From: a virus
Taxonomy: Duplodnaviria > Caudoviricetes
Reading direction: 5' to 3' (one strand)
Virus record (IMG/VR): IMGVR_UViG_3300049212_000062
Coordinates: 34 to 64,033 of that record
DNA: 64,000 bases
Shown: piece by piece, positions 62,413 through 64,000 of the stretch
Numbering within the stretch: position 1 is the first letter of the stretch
How the letters are laid out: every line of letters starts with the position of its first letter
Program-made: the position numbers and the translations under genes
Notes under the pieces: model-generated
Told to the model about the DNA's origin: nothing
Database searches by the model: none
Seen by the model: the letters and a program-made list of their open reading frames with translations, nothing else

Positions 62413-63906
62413 TTAGGTTCCCTTTGTGCGTCCACTACGGGCGCCAGTAACGGCGGACAATACCTTGTAACGGGTTTCGTCGCCAATGTGATCTTCGCTG
62501 TCGGTGTCAACGTCGTCCTGGTCGTCCTCGTCGCGTGGCAACGTGGGGAACAGGTCGATGAAGTGGGTGCAAGTGTTGAAGACAAACAGGCCGGGGCGCT
62601 CGCGCGGCACTCGGACCTTCTTGCCCTCCTTGTTGACCACATACTCGGGAAGGCCGTCGTTCAGGTACGTGCGCACACGTTCCCAGCCGAGCTTCCGGCT
62701 CCCGGGCGACTTGTCGCTGCGTGTCCAGTTCACGCCCTTGAACGTTTTGCCGCGCACCTTCACGGGCCGCTGCATGTCAGCGGCAATGCTGTTCCCGTTC
62801 TCGATGTCCCAGATGCTGTTGTCAGCCGGGCCGGGCTGCACACGGCGGTTGAGGCCGTCAGGCGATGTCCAGCCAAGCGCCATCTCACGTTCAACAATGC
62901 CCGCCGCGATGTCGTTCGCCAGCATGCGCAGACCTTGGTTCGGTTTGCCCGTGGTGCCGTACCACTCTGCAACGCGGAACAGGTCGCCGCGCACGGTACT
63001 GCGCCACGTGCCATCGGGCATTTGCACGTCACTACCGTCCGACTCAGCCCACCAGCCGACGCTGAACGGCTTGCTGCTGCCCCAGTCGAAGCTCCTGTCG
63101 ATCTTCCATGTCGGCGGCAACTGGAACGGCACCAGGACGTGGAAGTCGCTGTCCCACACGTCGTCGAACATGCCGCCGGCAACAATGTCCCAGCTTCCGC
63201 CGAGCCATGCCTTGCGCTTGTTCTTGTCCGTCATCTGCTCGAGCTCGGCAATGTATTCCGGGCTCAGGTAGATGTTCTCGCGGTAGCTGCCGAAGAGCCG
63301 TACCTGCGTCTTAACGACGTTCTCGCGCTGCTGCGTGCGCGGGTTGAACACGTTGACCGACTTGCGCACAATGCGCCCGGCCGGTGCTGCGTTGATGAAC
63401 CGCTTCTTTACCCAGTTGTGCCCCGGGCCATAGGGGTTCGTTGTGGCAAAGACCTCCAGGGGCAGCTCAGGCAGCACGTGCCCAACGCCGCGCGAGTCGC
63501 CCTCGTTTAGGATGAGGATCTGGCCCGTGCGGTTGTACTCGTCGCCGTCGATGGTGAGCGGGTAATCCTGCGGGCGGTAGCTGCTGCGGTTGCACGACAT
63601 CATCATGTCGAACAACTCGTCGGTTGGGTACTTGGTCAGCTCGTTCCAACCAATGAACGGGAACTCCTGGCCGTGGTAACCCCAGTAATCGGCGGGCCGC
63701 TTGATGACACGAAACAGCAGCTCTTCGCCCGTCTCCCAGCGCCAACGGTAGTCGGCTTTACTGGACATGAAGTGCGGCTTGGGCCCCGCGATCTCTGGGA
63801 ACCATCGCATCGACTTGGCAACCAAGTCATCGAGGTTCTTGTACTCGCGGTCGAAGATGACACCGCGCCAAAAACGGCCGTAGCCCCGACCCACGTTGCG
63901 GCGGAA
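62413..63906 (-). CDS. terL: Terminase large subunit, main part
   Basis: GWNELT, TTNPYGPGHNWVK, FDWGSSKPFSV and EDHIGDETRY motifs; N-terminus lies at 180-1. Confidence 0.95.
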   Translation of the reverse strand, partial: FRRNVGRGYGRFWRGVIFDREYKNLDDLVAKSMRWFPEIAGPKPHFMSSKADYRWRWETGEELLFRVIKRPADYWGYHGQEFPFIGWNELTKYPTDELFDMMMSCNRSSYRPQDYPLTIDGDEYNRTGQILILNEGDSRGVGHVLPELPLEVFATTNPYGPGHNWVKKRFINAAPAGRIVRKSVNVFNPRTQQRENVVKTQVRLFGSYRENIYLSPEYIAELEQMTDKNKRKAWLGGSWDIVAGGMFDDVWDSDFHVLVPFQLPPTWKIDRSFDWGSSKPFSVGWWAESDGSDVQMPDGTWRSTVRGDLFRVAEWYGTTGKPNQGLRMLANDIAAGIVEREMALGWTSPDGLNRRVQPGPADNSIWDIENGNSIAADMQRPVKVRGKTFKGVNWTRSDKSPGSRKLGWERVRTYLNDGLPEYVVNKEGKKVRVPRERPGLFVFNTCTHFIDLFPTLPRDEDDQDDVDTDSEDHIGDETRYKVLSAVTGARSGRTKGT

Positions 63907-64000
63907 GCGCATGAGCTGCGCATCGGTCTTCCCCGGGCCGCGCGTGCCATCGTACAGGATGATGTGAGCCGGGCACCATAGGGCCAGCCGCTGCGAGCCC
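63907..64000. repeat. Terminal direct repeat, identical to 1-94
   Basis: Exact match. Confidence 0.97.

Noticed and set aside
41505-63981. Long plus-strand ORFs opposite the structural genes (e.g. 48896-50836, 53001-54488)
   Set aside because: Antisense shadow ORFs expected from high-GC codon bias; the minus-strand frames carry recognisable motifs.
63907-64000. Biological terminal repeat
   Set aside because: The repeat falls in the middle of terL and is best explained as circular assembly overlap; it may be truncated by the window edge.

Overview
The window is essentially one complete, GC-rich (roughly 65% by eye) lytic siphovirus genome. Bases 63907-64000 repeat bases 1-94, so the unit length is about 63,906 bp and the large terminase gene spans the junction. 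Minus strand 41-64 kb holds terminase, portal, head, tail and holin/SAR-endolysin genes. Minus strand 0.2-16.4 kb holds terS, spanins, a detached tail-fibre cassette and many small early genes. Plus strand 17.5-41 kb holds replication and nucleotide genes (primase-polymerase, MazG-like, ThyX, ligase, Sak4-like ATPase, SSB, Cas4-like nuclease, helicase, clamp, PolA) and a 7-deazaguanine DNA-modification operon (queE-queD-folE-queC-dpdA) with an extra, divergent QueC paralogue. The layout resembles Queuovirinae-like (9g/NP1-type) phages, and a GC-rich proteobacterial host is inferred. No integrase, repressor, tRNA or CRISPR array was seen. The least explained signals are two promoter-driven, ORF-poor, densely base-paired elements with long-range helices and pseudoknots (about 670 nt at 16500-17171 minus, about 255 nt at 20873-21130 plus) flanking the AT-rich putative origin and primase region; these are candidate large phage ncRNAs. 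Also notable are the second QueC and a four-member paralogous 'WRK' domain family under strong sigma70-type promoters. All calls come from motif reading by eye; no database searches were run.
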